Source: Escherichia coli
Lineage (GTDB): Bacteria > Pseudomonadota > Gammaproteobacteria > Enterobacterales > Enterobacteriaceae
Assembly: GCF_044324875.1 (NCBI RefSeq)
Contig: NZ_CP172185.1
Direction: 5' to 3' (one strand)
DNA: 64,000 bases
In this document: piece after piece, positions 34,695-46,331 of the stretch
Layout of the letters: every line of letters begins with the position of its first letter
Numbering within the stretch: position 1 is the first letter of the stretch
The notes under the pieces: generated by a model
Databases searched by the model: none
What the model was told of the DNA's origin: nothing
What the model saw: only the letters and a program-made list of their open reading frames with translations
Made by a program: the position numbers and the translations under genes

Positions 34695-34963
34695 TATGGT
34701 TATCCCTTTGCAGATGAATTTATCGAAAATGTAAAAAATAGGTAGGAAAAATAACAGAAAGTGTCTGGATATCGGTAACATTTTACGAATTTTTACCCCG
34801 CTGTCGATTTTTTACTCATCGGGCCATAAAAATAAGCAATGCGTTTAGACAATGTTTGTTTTAGCGTTTCTTAAGAAGAGTCTGACATGAAAATTCTTAT
34901 GTTTTGGCAAGAGTGGATATTGTTGACCACACTTAATGTTCAACTTTGTAAAAGGAGTCAACG

Positions 34964-35194
34964 ATGCCGTATAAAACGAAAAGCGATCTGCCGGAAAGCG
35001 TAAAGCACGTGCTACCGTCTCATGCTCAGGATATCTATAAAGAAGCGTTCAACAGCGCATGGGATCAATATAAAGATAAAGAAGATCGGCGTGATGACGC
35101 CAGTCGCGAAGAAACCGCGCATAAAGTGGCCTGGGCTGCTGTGAAGCATGAATATGCCAAAGGGGATGATGATAAATGGCATAAAAAATCGTAA
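34964..35194 (+). CDS. chaB: Cation transport regulator ChaB
   Basis: 76-aa ORF, MPYKTKSDLPESVKHVLPSHAQDIYKEAFNSAWDQYKD…. Confidence 0.92.
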   Translation: MPYKTKSDLPESVKHVLPSHAQDIYKEAFNSAWDQYKDKEDRRDDASREETAHKVAWAAVKHEYAKGDDDKWHKKS

Positions 35195-35351
35195 AACCGG
35201 TAGCTTAGTTAAAGCTATTCGTGCGGTGTTGCCTTGCAAGTGGTCCGTGGATTGCATATTGTCCCGTTAGTGGTTTCAAAATGAGCAGTAAAAATGTCCG
35301 GAAGACACCAAAAAGTTGTCGCAGGGAAGTATGCAGTGGCGGAGGTGTAAG

Positions 35352-36047
35352 GTGATAACGCGTGATTTCTTGATGAATGCCGATTGTAAAACGGCATTTG
35401 GTGCCATTGAAGAATCACTCTTATGGTCAGCAGAGCAACGGGCGGCTTCGCTGGCGGCGACGCTGGCTTGTCGACCTGATGAGGGACCGGTGTGGATCTT
35501 CGGTTATGGATCGTTGATGTGGAATCCGGCACTGGAGTTTACCGAGTCGTGCACCGGTACACTGGTTGGATGGCATCGCGCGTTTTGCCTGCGTCTGACC
35601 GCCGGGCGCGGGACTGCGCACCAGCCGGGACGAATGCTTGCACTGAAAGAGGGCGGACGCACCACAGGCGTCGCCTATCGACTGCCAGAAGAGACGCTGG
35701 AGCAGGAACTAACCCTGTTGTGGAAGCGCGAGATGATTACCGGCTGTTATCTGCCAACCTGGTGTCAGCTTGATCTTGATGATGGACGCACAGTAAACGC
35801 CATTGTGTTTATTATGGACCCGCGACATCCAGAATATGAATCTGACACTCGCGCTCAGGTCATCGCGCCGTTGATTGCGGCGGCGAGCGGTCCACTGGGA
35901 ACCAACGCACAATACCTGTTTTCACTGGAACAGGAGCTTATCAAACTGGGAATGCAGGACGATGGGCTGAATGATTTGCTGGTATCGGTAAAAAAACTGC
36001 TGGCGGAGAATTATCCGGATGGTGTGTTACGGCCGGGATTCGCCTGA
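35352..36047 (+). CDS. chaC: Glutathione-specific gamma-glutamylcyclotransferase ChaC
   Basis: ORF 35316..36047; a GTG start at 35352 gives the 231-aa MITRDFLMNADCKTAFGAIEES… with the YGSL motif (IFGYGSLMWNP). Confidence 0.9.
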   Translation: MITRDFLMNADCKTAFGAIEESLLWSAEQRAASLAATLACRPDEGPVWIFGYGSLMWNPALEFTESCTGTLVGWHRAFCLRLTAGRGTAHQPGRMLALKEGGRTTGVAYRLPEETLEQELTLLWKREMITGCYLPTWCQLDLDDGRTVNAIVFIMDPRHPEYESDTRAQVIAPLIAAASGPLGTNAQYLFSLEQELIKLGMQDDGLNDLLVSVKKLLAENYPDGVLRPGFA

Positions 36048-36090
36048 GTAAACTTCCCTCATAGTGGGGCGTCAGACGCCCCCTCAAACA

Positions 36091-36444
36091 CTAAAATGTG
36101 AGCACTTTATCGGCTGACAGCGTCCATTGCGCCAGTTCCACAAGCGTACCGATTTCCACCCCATCAATCAGAGGAAGTGTGCTAATCCCGCGTCCGTCAG
36201 TACAGGTTTTGCACAATTTCACCGGTACATTCTGAGCGGTAAGGATCTCCAGCATTTGCTGAATGTTGTAGCCTTCCCCTGGTTTTTGCCCGCGCAACCC
36301 GGCTGTGACCGCATCAGACATCAGGAACAGGCGCAGATCCAGATTGCTCTCCTGCTCTCGTAACGCAATGGCCAGCCGCAAGCTGTTAAACAAGGATTCG
36401 CTCCCGTAAGGTGCGCCATTGGCAACGATCACGATTTTTTGCAT
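36091..36444 (-). CDS. ychN: DsrE/TusD-family protein YchN
   Basis: 117-aa ORF, MQKIVIVANGAPYGSESLFNSLRLAIAL…. Confidence 0.9.
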   Translation of the reverse strand: MQKIVIVANGAPYGSESLFNSLRLAIALREQESNLDLRLFLMSDAVTAGLRGQKPGEGYNIQQMLEILTAQNVPVKLCKTCTDGRGISTLPLIDGVEIGTLVELAQWTLSADKVLTF

Positions 36445-36461
36445 TATTTACTCCTGTATTC

Positions 36462-36565
<104 letters not shown>

Positions 36566-36593
36566 TTGCCAGTAATCGTTATTCTTTAGGGCT

Positions 36594-38024
36594 ATGGTTT
36601 TTCATTTTTTACCGGAAGTTACCGACGTTTTGAGCCGTTTCGTTCCTCGCATTATTCCGTTTTATTTACTCTTGCTGGCGGCAGGCGGTACAGCTAACGC
36701 ACAATCTACCTTCGAGCAAAAAGCGGCAAATCCCTTTGATAATAACAATGATGGTCTGCCGGATTTAGGCATGGCACCTGAAAATCATGATGGGGAAAAA
36801 CACTTTGCTGAAATTGTGAAAGATTTCGGCGAAACCAGTATGAATGATAACGGGCTGGATACTGGCGAGCAGGCAAAAGCTTTCGCATTGGGAAAAGTCC
36901 GCGATGCGCTTAGTCAACAGGTTAATCAGCACGTAGAGTCCTGGCTATCACCGTGGGGAAATGCCAGTGTTGACGTCAAAGTGGATAACGAAGGACATTT
37001 CACCGGCAGTCGTGGAAGCTGGTTTGTGCCGTTACAAGATAATGATCGTTATCTCACCTGGAGCCAGCTTGGTCTTACTCAGCAGGATGATGGGCTGGTG
37101 AGCAATGTGGGCGTTGGGCAACGCTGGGCGCGCGGCAGCTGGCTGGTGGGTTATAACACTTTTTATGACAACTTGCTGGACGAAAATCTTCAGCGAGCGG
37201 GCTTCGGTGCCGAAGCGTGGGGCGAATATTTGCGACTATCGGCAAACTTTTATCAGCCGTTTGCTGCATGGCATGAACAGACAGCCACGCAGGAACAACG
37301 GATGGCGCGCGGGTACGACCTGACAGCCCGGATGCGCATGCCGTTTTATCAACACCTCAATACCAGTGTCAGCGTAGAACAGTATTTTGGTGATCGTGTT
37401 GATTTGTTTAACTCTGGTACGGGTTATCACAATCCCGTCGCGTTGAGTCTGGGATTAAATTATACCCCAGTGCCATTAGTCACTGTGACGGCCCAGCATA
37501 AACAGGGTGAAAGTGGCGAGAATCAAAATAACCTCGGGCTGAATCTTAATTACCGCTTTGGTGTACCGCTCAAAAAACAACTTTCTGCGGGCGAGGTTGC
37601 CGAAAGTCAGTCGTTACGTGGTAGTCGCTATGACAATCCGCAGCGAAATAATCTTCCGACTCTTGAGTACCGACAGCGAAAAACGTTAACGGTGTTTCTG
37701 GCGACACCGCCGTGGGATCTAAAACCTGGCGAAACAGTGCCGCTGAAATTACAAATCCGCAGTCGTTATGGTATTCGGCAACTGATTTGGCAGGGCGATA
37801 CGCAGATATTAAGTTTAACGCCAGGCGCACAAGCCAACAGCGCGGAGGGCTGGACGCTGATCATGCCTGACTGGCAAAACGGGGAAGGGGCAAGCAATCA
37901 CTGGCGATTGTCGGTGGTGGTGGAAGATAACCAGGGGCAGCGTGTCTCCTCCAATGAGATCACGCTAACGCTTGTCGAACCGTTCGACGCATTGTCAAAC
38001 GACGAACTGCGCTGGGAACCGTAA
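36594..38024 (+). CDS. ychO: Invasin/intimin-like outer-membrane protein YchO
   Basis: 476-aa ORF with an N-terminal signal-like region and beta-barrel-like middle; position between ychN and narL; start codon not verified. Confidence 0.8.
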   Translation: MVFHFLPEVTDVLSRFVPRIIPFYLLLLAAGGTANAQSTFEQKAANPFDNNNDGLPDLGMAPENHDGEKHFAEIVKDFGETSMNDNGLDTGEQAKAFALGKVRDALSQQVNQHVESWLSPWGNASVDVKVDNEGHFTGSRGSWFVPLQDNDRYLTWSQLGLTQQDDGLVSNVGVGQRWARGSWLVGYNTFYDNLLDENLQRAGFGAEAWGEYLRLSANFYQPFAAWHEQTATQEQRMARGYDLTARMRMPFYQHLNTSVSVEQYFGDRVDLFNSGTGYHNPVALSLGLNYTPVPLVTVTAQHKQGESGENQNNLGLNLNYRFGVPLKKQLSAGEVAESQSLRGSRYDNPQRNNLPTLEYRQRKTLTVFLATPPWDLKPGETVPLKLQIRSRYGIRQLIWQGDTQILSLTPGAQANSAEGWTLIMPDWQNGEGASNHWRLSVVVEDNQGQRVSSNEITLTLVEPFDALSNDELRWEP

Positions 38025-38675
38025 TCAGAAAATGCGCTCCTGATGCACCCATACCGCTGCTTCCACGCGAGACTTGAGCTTCATTTTCTTCAGCATGTGC
38101 TTGACGTGCACTTTTACTGTGCTTTCGGTGATGTCCAGGCGGCGGGCAATCATCTTGTTCGGCAAACCCTGGGCAATCAGCTTGAGAATATCGCGCTCGC
38201 GTGGGGTTAACTGGTTAACATCGCGCTCAGTAGTGGCACGGTTAGCGCGCAAGCTGGCGGCCAGAACAGGCGTTAATGCTTCGCTTAATACCATTTCGCC
38301 AGCAGCTGCCTGATGCAATGCTTTCAGCAGATCTTCCGGTTCCATATCTTTTAACAGATAGCCATCCGCGCCGCGTTTCAGTGCGGTGACCACATCTTCT
38401 TCATGGTTAGAGACGCTGAATACCACAATGCGCCCTGAGAGGGACTTTTCGCGGAGTTTATCCAGCGTTTCCAGACCATTCATGCCGGGCATATTGAGAT
38501 CTAACAGGATCAGATCGGGATCAAGAGATTCCGCCAGTTCAATACCCTGTTCGCCATTACTCGCTTCGCCAACCACGCTGATATCTGGTGCCATACTGAT
38601 AAGCTGTTTTACGCCAGTTCGCAGCATCGGGTGATCGTCGATCAGCAGGATAGTAGCCGGTTCCTGATTACTCAT
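38025..38675 (-). CDS. narL: Nitrate/nitrite response regulator NarL
   Basis: ORF 38025..38789; the start at [25 protein letters not shown]… gives a 216-aa receiver plus LuxR-type HTH protein. Confidence 0.95.
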   Translation of the reverse strand: MSNQEPATILLIDDHPMLRTGVKQLISMAPDISVVGEASNGEQGIELAESLDPDLILLDLNMPGMNGLETLDKLREKSLSGRIVVFSVSNHEEDVVTALKRGADGYLLKDMEPEDLLKALHQAAAGEMVLSEALTPVLAASLRANRATTERDVNQLTPRERDILKLIAQGLPNKMIARRLDITESTVKVHVKHMLKKMKLKSRVEAAVWVHQERIF

Positions 38676-40464
38676 GGGTATCTCCTTGGACGTCTGTGAA
38701 AGTTTTTTCGGGAATAAAGGTGACAACCACTTCGGTGCCACCTGATTCACGACGGCGGACGCGGCAATCGCCTCGTAAACTTTGCGCACGGTCGCGCATT
38801 ATTATCATGCCGTAGTGATTGCTGCGGATGGCATTTTCAGGCACGCCGCAGCCGTTATCCTGGACGGTCAGTTTGACCTGATTATCGTTTTGCGCCACCG
38901 TCACCAAGACCTCACTCGCTTGCGAATGTTTGAGGGCGTTACTTAATGCCTCACGGGCAATTTGCAACAAGTGGATTGCCTGATGCGAAGGCACCAGACG
39001 AGGTGGCAATTGATAATCCAGCTTCACCGGGAAGCCAAATTTGGCGCTGTACTCTTCGCAACTCGCCTCCAGCGCTGGACGTAATCCAGGCTCGGTGAGC
39101 TGCAAGCGGAATGTGGTGAGCAATTCACGCAACTGCGCCCAGGATGCATTCAGTTCGTTACGGATCTGACTTAACAGTTCGCGGCTGCTTTCTGGCAGCG
39201 CATCGCCCTGCATCTGTAAACAACTCACCTGCATCTTCATGCAAGAGAGAGATTGGGCAATAGAATCATGCAGTTCGCGCGCAATGGTGGCACGCTCTTC
39301 CATCACGATCAACTGTTGCTGACGTTCCTGATGGCGATCCAACGCCAGCGTGGCGGTGAGTTGTTCAACCAGGGTATCCACCAGTTGTTGTTGATCATGG
39401 CTAAGATGACGCCCCTGCGGTAGGGTCGCCAGCAAAATGCCGTACTGCGTATGAGAGTCAGCCAGCCGCCACTTCAGGGTTGTGCCGCGATCGCCAACGG
39501 GTAATACGCCGCGCGGGCAGAGCTGGCAGCCTTTATCATCACAAGTCATATCTGGCTGGCAGGTAAACTCCTGATGATTCTCTTCATCATCAGTGTCATA
39601 CACCCGCAGTTCGATATCACGTAGCAGGGTCAAATTCTGTAAGCCGTTGAGTACAGGTGACAGGCGTTCACACAGCGGGGCGCGGGAATGCAAACGGCGG
39701 TTAGCCTGCCATAAAAAAGAGAGGATCTGATTTTTATGCTCCAGCCCGGCAGTTTTCTCCTGAACCCGCTGCTCAAGTACGGCATAACTTTCGGCCAGTT
39801 CTGCAGACATATTGTTCAATGCAGTTCCAAGCATCGCCATTTCGTTGCGCCCGCTGATGTTTGCGCGTTGGGTAAAATCGCGATGGCTGACGGCACTCGC
39901 CATTGCCAGCAGTTGCCGCCACGGTTGTAGCAATCGCGCCCGCAACCAGATAATAGTGAACACCAGTAAAAGTGCCATAAATACCGCCATTACCCGATGG
40001 ACCAGCACCACTGTCTCAATGCGCATTTCCGTGGTGCGGTCAAAACCAGATACCAGCTGATCAAGCCCGGCAACAAACTGGCTGACATCCGCTGACACCG
40101 TTTCGCGGTTTTGTGCACGCATCAGCGTAGGGATCAGTTCATTACGCCAGTAATCTTGTAAACCCTGTAATTGCGCCAGTTGTCCGTCTCCTTCTGCTGC
40201 TCGGGTTAACTCGGCGCTAAATGCCGTTTGTTCCATTTCTTTAATTAAGGGCTTGTCTTTCTCGCTTAATGGCACTGCTGCCAACAGACGGTAACTTTGC
40301 ATGCGCAGCGATCCCGCTTTGTTGATCGCATGGGCGCTGCCCTGAACGCCTTGCACCAGCCAGCCAGAAACCGCCATCCCTGCCAGTCCAATAGCAGTAG
40401 AAAGCAACACAATAAGCGCAACCTGATTAACCAGGGTGAGCGGAGAGAGACAACGTTTAAGCAT
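38668..40464 (-). CDS. narX: Nitrate/nitrite sensor histidine kinase NarX
   Basis: 598-aa ORF with a periplasmic P-box region, HAMP domain and histidine kinase core (HDSIAQSLS); overlaps narL by 8 bp. Confidence 0.95.
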   Translation of the reverse strand: MLKRCLSPLTLVNQVALIVLLSTAIGLAGMAVSGWLVQGVQGSAHAINKAGSLRMQSYRLLAAVPLSEKDKPLIKEMEQTAFSAELTRAAEGDGQLAQLQGLQDYWRNELIPTLMRAQNRETVSADVSQFVAGLDQLVSGFDRTTEMRIETVVLVHRVMAVFMALLLVFTIIWLRARLLQPWRQLLAMASAVSHRDFTQRANISGRNEMAMLGTALNNMSAELAESYAVLEQRVQEKTAGLEHKNQILSFLWQANRRLHSRAPLCERLSPVLNGLQNLTLLRDIELRVYDTDDEENHQEFTCQPDMTCDDKGCQLCPRGVLPVGDRGTTLKWRLADSHTQYGILLATLPQGRHLSHDQQQLVDTLVEQLTATLALDRHQERQQQLIVMEERATIARELHDSIAQSLSCMKMQVSCLQMQGDALPESSRELLSQIRNELNASWAQLRELLTTFRLQLTEPGLRPALEASCEEYSAKFGFPVKLDYQLPPRLVPSHQAIHLLQIAREALSNALKHSQASEVLVTVAQNDNQVKLTVQDNGCGVPENAIRSNHYGMIIMRDRAQSLRGDCRVRRRESGGTEVVVTFIPEKTFTDVQGDTHE

Positions 40465-40729
40465 GTAAACCTCTTCCTTCAGGCTTTAAATGAGCAATAA
40501 CCTTAATGAATGTGACGATACATTCTGGAATGGCAGTATTCTCGGCTATTGGCTGAAGTATACCCATACCCGGAAAGAGTTACTCCTTATTTGCCGTGTG
40601 GTTAGTCGCTTTACATCGGTAAGGGTAGGGATTTTACAGCACCGTGAAAAATCTCATAATTTTTATGAAATCACTGTACTCACTATGGGTAATGATAAAT
40701 ATCAATGATAGATAAAGTTATCTTATCGT

Positions 40730-40743
40730 TTGATTTACATCAA
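40730..40743 (+). promoter_or_regulatory. Fnr box upstream of narK
   Basis: TTGATTTACATCAA matches TTGAT-N4-ATCAA, ~60 nt upstream of the narK start. Confidence 0.7.
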
Positions 40744-40802
40744 ATTGCCTTTAGCTACAGACACTAAGGTGGCAGACATCGAAACGAGTATCAGAGGTGT
40801 CT

Positions 40803-42194
40803 ATGAGTCACTCATCCGCCCCCGAAAGGGCTACTGGAGCTGTCATTACAGATTGGCGACCGGAAGATCCTGCGTTCTGGCAACAACGCGGTCAACGTAT
40901 TGCCAGCCGCAACCTGTGGATTTCCGTTCCCTGTCTGCTGCTGGCGTTTTGCGTATGGATGTTGTTCAGCGCTGTTGCGGTGAACTTACCAAAAGTTGGT
41001 TTTAATTTTACGACCGATCAGCTATTTATGTTGACTGCGCTGCCTTCGGTTTCTGGCGCGTTATTACGTGTTCCATACTCCTTTATGGTTCCTATCTTCG
41101 GTGGTCGTCGCTGGACGGCGTTCAGCACCGGTATTCTGATTATTCCTTGCGTCTGGCTGGGTTTTGCCGTGCAGGATACCTCCACGCCTTATAGCGTCTT
41201 CATCATCATCTCTCTGCTGTGCGGCTTTGCTGGCGCGAACTTCGCTTCCAGTATGGCAAACATCAGCTTCTTCTTTCCGAAACAGAAGCAGGGTGGCGCG
41301 CTGGGTCTGAATGGTGGTCTGGGCAACATGGGCGTCAGCGTCATGCAGTTGGTTGCTCCGCTGGTGGTATCACTGTCGATTTTCGCAGTATTTGGTAGCC
41401 AGGGTGTCAAACAGCCGGATGGGACTGAGCTGTATCTGGCGAATGCGTCCTGGGTATGGGTGCCGTTCCTTGCCATCTTCACCATTGCGGCGTGGTTTGG
41501 CATGAACGATCTTGCTACCTCGAAAGCCTCCATCAAGGAGCAGTTGCCGGTACTCAAACGGGGTCATCTGTGGATTATGAGCCTGCTGTATCTGGCAACC
41601 TTCGGCTCCTTCATCGGCTTCTCCGCGGGCTTTGCGATGCTGTCAAAAACGCAGTTCCCGGATGTTCAGATTCTGCAATACGCTTTCTTCGGGCCGTTTA
41701 TTGGTGCGCTGGCGCGTTCTGCAGGTGGTGCATTATCTGACCGTCTGGGCGGAACTCGTGTCACACTGGTGAACTTTATCCTGATGGCGATTTTCAGCGG
41801 CCTGCTGTTCCTGACCTTACCGACTGACGGGCAGGGCGGAAGCTTCATGGCGTTCTTCGCGGTCTTCCTGGCGCTGTTCCTGACAGCTGGGCTGGGTAGT
41901 GGTTCCACTTTCCAGATGATTTCCGTGATCTTCCGTAAACTGACAATGGATCGCGTGAAAGCAGAAGGGGGTTCTGACGAACGTGCGATGCGTGAAGCGG
42001 CAACCGACACGGCGGCGGCGCTGGGTTTCATCTCTGCGATTGGCGCGATTGGTGGCTTCTTTATCCCGAAAGCGTTCGGTAGCTCGCTGGCATTAACGGG
42101 TTCGCCAGTCGGCGCAATGAAAGTATTTTTGATTTTCTATATCGCCTGTGTAGTGATTACCTGGGCGGTATATGGTCGGCATTCTAAAAAATAA
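40803..42194 (+). CDS. narK: Nitrate/nitrite antiporter (MFS)
   Basis: ORF 40797..42194; the start at MSHSSAPERATGAVITDWRPEDPAFWQQ… gives a 463-aa, 12-TM protein. Confidence 0.95.
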   Translation: MSHSSAPERATGAVITDWRPEDPAFWQQRGQRIASRNLWISVPCLLLAFCVWMLFSAVAVNLPKVGFNFTTDQLFMLTALPSVSGALLRVPYSFMVPIFGGRRWTAFSTGILIIPCVWLGFAVQDTSTPYSVFIIISLLCGFAGANFASSMANISFFFPKQKQGGALGLNGGLGNMGVSVMQLVAPLVVSLSIFAVFGSQGVKQPDGTELYLANASWVWVPFLAIFTIAAWFGMNDLATSKASIKEQLPVLKRGHLWIMSLLYLATFGSFIGFSAGFAMLSKTQFPDVQILQYAFFGPFIGALARSAGGALSDRLGGTRVTLVNFILMAIFSGLLFLTLPTDGQGGSFMAFFAVFLALFLTAGLGSGSTFQMISVIFRKLTMDRVKAEGGSDERAMREAATDTAAALGFISAIGAIGGFFIPKAFGSSLALTGSPVGAMKVFLIFYIACVVITWAVYGRHSKK

Positions 42195-42319
42195 ATCTTA
42201 ATATTTGATTATCCTTTGCGCGGCATGATGTCGCGCTTTTTTTATCTGTCGTTTAGTTACAACATACTCATGTGTGAGTGGCTTATTTCGCCGGATTTCA
42301 TTAAGAGCCATTAATATGT

Positions 42320-42349
42320 TACCCATGGGGAATACTCCTTAATACCCAT
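42320..42349 (+). promoter_or_regulatory. NarL heptamer cluster in the narG upstream control region
   Basis: TACCCAT (42320-42326), TACTCCT (42334-42340) and TACCCAT (42343-42349) match the NarL heptamer TACYYMT, ~250 nt upstream of narG. Confidence 0.7.
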
Positions 42350-42482
42350 CTGCATAAAAATCTTAATAGTTTAAATAACTACAGGTATAAAACGTCTTAA
42401 TTTACAGTCTGTTATGTTGTGGCTGTTAATTATCCTAAAGGGGTATCTTAGGAATTTACTTTATTTTTCATCCCCATCACTC

Positions 42483-42496
42483 TTGATCGTTATCAA
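42483..42496 (+). promoter_or_regulatory. Fnr box of the narG promoter
   Basis: TTGATCGTTATCAA is a perfect TTGAT-N4-ATCAA, ~95 nt upstream of the narG ATG. Confidence 0.8.
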
Positions 42497-42587
42497 TTCT
42501 CACGCTGTTTCAGAGCGTTACCTTGCCCTTAAACATTAGCAATGTCGATTTATCAGAGGGCCGACAGGCTCCCACAGGAGAAAACCG

Positions 42588-45500
42588 ATGAGTAAATTCC
42601 TGGACCGGTTTCGCTACTTCAAACAGAAGGGTGAAACCTTTGCCGATGGGCATGGCCAGCTTCTCAATACCAACCGTGACTGGGAGGATGGATATCGCCA
42701 GCGTTGGCAGCATGACAAAATCGTCCGCTCTACCCACGGGGTAAACTGCACCGGCTCCTGCAGCTGGAAAATCTACGTCAAAAACGGTCTGGTGACCTGG
42801 GAAACCCAGCAGACTGATTATCCTCGTACCCGTCCGGATCTGCCAAACCATGAACCTCGCGGCTGCCCGCGCGGTGCCAGCTACTCCTGGTATCTTTACA
42901 GTGCCAACCGCCTGAAATACCCGATGATGCGCAAACGCCTGATGAAAATGTGGCGTGAAGCGAAGGCGCTGCATAGCGATCCGATTGAGGCATGGGCTTC
43001 TATCATTGAAGACGCCGATAAAGCGAAAAGCTTTAAGCAGGCGCGTGGACGCGGTGGTTTTGTTCGTTCTTCCTGGCAGGAAGTGAACGAACTGATCGCC
43101 GCATCTAACGTTTACACCATCAAAAACTACGGCCCGGACCGTGTCGCTGGCTTCTCGCCAATTCCGGCAATGTCGATGGTTTCTTACGCGTCGGGTGCGC
43201 GTTATCTCTCGCTGCTTGGCGGTACTTGCTTAAGCTTCTACGACTGGTACTGCGACCTGCCTCCTGCGTCTCCGCAAACCTGGGGCGAGCAGACTGACGT
43301 ACCGGAATCTGCTGACTGGTACAACTCCAGCTACATCATCGCCTGGGGTTCAAACGTGCCGCAGACGCGTACTCCGGATGCTCACTTCTTTACTGAAGTG
43401 CGTTACAAAGGCACCAAAACTGTTGCCGTCACACCGGACTACGCTGAAATCGCCAAACTGTGCGATCTGTGGCTGGCACCGAAACAGGGCACCGACGCAG
43501 CAATGGCGCTGGCGATGGGCCACGTAATGCTGCGTGAATTCCACCTCGACAACCCAAGCCAGTATTTCACCGACTATGTGCGTCGCTACACCGACATGCC
43601 GATGCTGGTGATGCTGGAAGAACGCGACGGTTACTACGCCGCAGGTCGTATGCTGCGTGCTGCTGATCTGGTGGATGCGCTGGGCCAGGAAAACAATCCG
43701 GAATGGAAAACTGTCGCCTTTAATACCAATGGCGAAATGGTTGCGCCGAACGGTTCTATTGGCTTCCGCTGGGGCGAGAAGGGCAAATGGAATCTTGAGC
43801 AGCGCGACGGCAAAACTGGCGAAGAAACCGAGCTGCAACTGAGTCTGCTGGGTAGCCAGGATGAGATCGCTGAGGTGGGCTTCCCGTACTTTGGTGGCGA
43901 CGGCACGGAACACTTCAACAAAGTGGAGCTGGAAAACATTCTGCTGCACAAACTGCCGGTAAAACGCCTGCAACTGGCTGATGGCAGCACCGCACTGGTG
44001 ACCACCGTTTATGATCTGACACTGGCAAACTACGGTCTGGAACGTGGCCTGAACGACGTTAACTGCGCAACCAGCTATGACGATGTGAAAGCTTACACTC
44101 CGGCGTGGGCCGAGCAAATCACTGGCGTTTCTCGTAGCCAGATTATCCGTATTGCCCGTGAATTTGCCGATAACGCTGACAAGACGCACGGTCGTTCGAT
44201 GATTATCGTCGGTGCGGGGCTGAACCACTGGTATCACCTCGATATGAACTATCGTGGTCTGATCAACATGCTGATTTTCTGCGGCTGTGTCGGTCAGAGC
44301 GGGGGTGGCTGGGCGCACTATGTAGGTCAGGAAAAACTGCGTCCGCAAACCGGCTGGCAGCCGCTGGCGTTTGCTCTTGACTGGCAGCGTCCGGCGCGTC
44401 ACATGAACAGCACCTCTTATTTCTATAACCACTCCAGCCAGTGGCGTTATGAAACCGTGACCGCAGAAGAGTTGTTGTCGCCGATGGCGGATAAATCCCG
44501 TTATACCGGACACTTGATCGACTTTAACGTCCGTGCAGAACGTATGGGCTGGCTGCCGTCTGCGCCGCAGTTAGGCACTAACCCGCTAACTATCGCTGGC
44601 GAAGCGAAAAAAGCGGGCATGAATCCGGTGGATTACACCGTGAAATCCCTGAAAGAGGGTTCTATCCGTTTTGCGGCAGAACAACCAGAAAACGGTAAAA
44701 ACCACCCGCGTAACCTGTTCATCTGGCGTTCTAACCTGCTCGGTTCTTCCGGTAAAGGTCATGAGTTTATGCTCAAGTACCTGCTGGGGACGGAGCACGG
44801 TATCCAGGGCAAAGACCTGGGGCAGCAGGGCGGCGTGAAGCCGGAAGAAGTGGACTGGCAGGACAACGGTCTGGAAGGCAAGCTGGATCTGGTGGTGACG
44901 CTGGACTTCCGTCTGTCGAGCACCTGTCTCTATTCCGACATCATTTTGCCGACGGCGACCTGGTACGAAAAAGACGACATGAATACTTCGGATATGCATC
45001 CGTTTATTCACCCGCTGTCTGCGGCGGTCGATCCGGCCTGGGAAGCGAAAAGCGACTGGGAAATCTACAAAGCCATCGCGAAGAAATTCTCCGAAGTGTG
45101 CGTTGGTCATCTGGGTAAAGAAACTGACATCGTCACGCTGCCTATCCAGCACGACTCTGCCGCTGAACTGGCGCAACCGCTGGATGTGAAAGACTGGAAA
45201 AAAGGCGAATGCGATCTGATCCCAGGTAAAACTGCACCGCACATTATGGTCGTAGAGCGCGATTATCCGGCAACTTTCGAACGCTTTACCTCTATCGGCC
45301 CGCTGATGGAGAAAATCGGTAACGGCGGTAAAGGGATTGCCTGGAACACCCAGAGCGAGATGGATCTGCTGCGTAAGCTCAACTACACCAAAGCGGAAGG
45401 TCCGGCAAAAGGTCAGCCGATGCTCAATACCGCAATTGATGCGGCAGAGATGATCCTGACGCTGGCACCGGAAACCAATGGTCAGGTAGCTGTAAAAGCC

Positions 45501-46331
45501 TGGGCTGCCCTGAGCGAGTTTACCGGTCGTGACCATACGCATCTGGCGCTGAATAAAGAAGACGAGAAGATTCGCTTCCGCGATATTCAGGCACAGCCGC
45601 GCAAAATCATCTCCAGCCCGACCTGGTCTGGCCTTGAAGATGAACACGTTTCTTACAACGCCGGTTACACCAACGTTCACGAGCTGATCCCGTGGCGTAC
45701 GCTCTCTGGCCGTCAGCAGCTGTATCAGGATCACCAGTGGATGCGTGATTTCGGTGAAAGCCTGCTGGTTTATCGTCCGCCGATCGACACCCGTTCGGTG
45801 AAAGAAGTGATGGGCCAGAAATCCAACGGCAACCCGGAAAAAGCGCTCAACTTCCTGACGCCGCACCAGAAGTGGGGTATCCACTCCACCTACAGCGACA
45901 ACCTGCTGATGCTGACTTTAGGTCGCGGTGGTCCGGTGGTCTGGCTGAGTGAAGCCGATGCCAAAGAGCTGGGTATCGCCGATAACGACTGGATTGAAGT
46001 CTTCAACAGCAACGGTGCACTGACTGCCCGTGCGGTTGTCAGCCAGCGTGTTCCGGCAGGGATGACCATGATGTACCACGCGCAGGAACGTATCGTTAAC
46101 CTGCCTGGTTCGGAAATTACCCAACAGCGTGGTGGTATCCATAATTCGGTCACCCGTATCACGCCGAAACCGACGCATATGATCGGCGGCTATGCCCATC
46201 TGGCATACGGCTTTAACTACTATGGCACCGTAGGTTCTAACCGCGATGAGTTTGTTGTAGTGCGTAAGATGAAGAACATTGACTGGTTAGATGGCGAAGG
46301 CAATGACCAGGTACAGGAGAGCGTAAAATGA
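42588..46331 (+). CDS. narG: Respiratory nitrate reductase A, alpha subunit
   Basis: 1247-aa ORF with the N-terminal [4Fe-4S] motif (HGVNCTGSCSWKIYVK) and a large molybdopterin oxidoreductase body. Confidence 0.97.
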   Translation: MSKFLDRFRYFKQKGETFADGHGQLLNTNRDWEDGYRQRWQHDKIVRSTHGVNCTGSCSWKIYVKNGLVTWETQQTDYPRTRPDLPNHEPRGCPRGASYSWYLYSANRLKYPMMRKRLMKMWREAKALHSDPIEAWASIIEDADKAKSFKQARGRGGFVRSSWQEVNELIAASNVYTIKNYGPDRVAGFSPIPAMSMVSYASGARYLSLLGGTCLSFYDWYCDLPPASPQTWGEQTDVPESADWYNSSYIIAWGSNVPQTRTPDAHFFTEVRYKGTKTVAVTPDYAEIAKLCDLWLAPKQGTDAAMALAMGHVMLREFHLDNPSQYFTDYVRRYTDMPMLVMLEERDGYYAAGRMLRAADLVDALGQENNPEWKTVAFNTNGEMVAPNGSIGFRWGEKGKWNLEQRDGKTGEETELQLSLLGSQDEIAEVGFPYFGGDGTEHFNKVELENILLHKLPVKRLQLADGSTALVTTVYDLTLANYGLERGLNDVNCATSYDDVKAYTPAWAEQITGVSRSQIIRIAREFADNADKTHGRSMIIVGAGLNHWYHLDMNYRGLINMLIFCGCVGQSGGGWAHYVGQEKLRPQTGWQPLAFALDWQRPARHMNSTSYFYNHSSQWRYETVTAEELLSPMADKSRYTGHLIDFNVRAERMGWLPSAPQLGTNPLTIAGEAKKAGMNPVDYTVKSLKEGSIRFAAEQPENGKNHPRNLFIWRSNLLGSSGKGHEFMLKYLLGTEHGIQGKDLGQQGGVKPEEVDWQDNGLEGKLDLVVTLDFRLSSTCLYSDIILPTATWYEKDDMNTSDMHPFIHPLSAAVDPAWEAKSDWEIYKAIAKKFSEVCVGHLGKETDIVTLPIQHDSAAELAQPLDVKDWKKGECDLIPGKTAPHIMVVERDYPATFERFTSIGPLMEKIGNGGKGIAWNTQSEMDLLRKLNYTKAEGPAKGQPMLNTAIDAAEMILTLAPETNGQVAVKAWAALSEFTGRDHTHLALNKEDEKIRFRDIQAQPRKIISSPTWSGLEDEHVSYNAGYTNVHELIPWRTLSGRQQLYQDHQWMRDFGESLLVYRPPIDTRSVKEVMGQKSNGNPEKALNFLTPHQKWGIHSTYSDNLLMLTLGRGGPVVWLSEADAKELGIADNDWIEVFNSNGALTARAVVSQRVPAGMTMMYHAQERIVNLPGSEITQQRGGIHNSVTRITPKPTHMIGGYAHLAYGFNYYGTVGSNRDEFVVVRKMKNIDWLDGEGNDQVQESVK

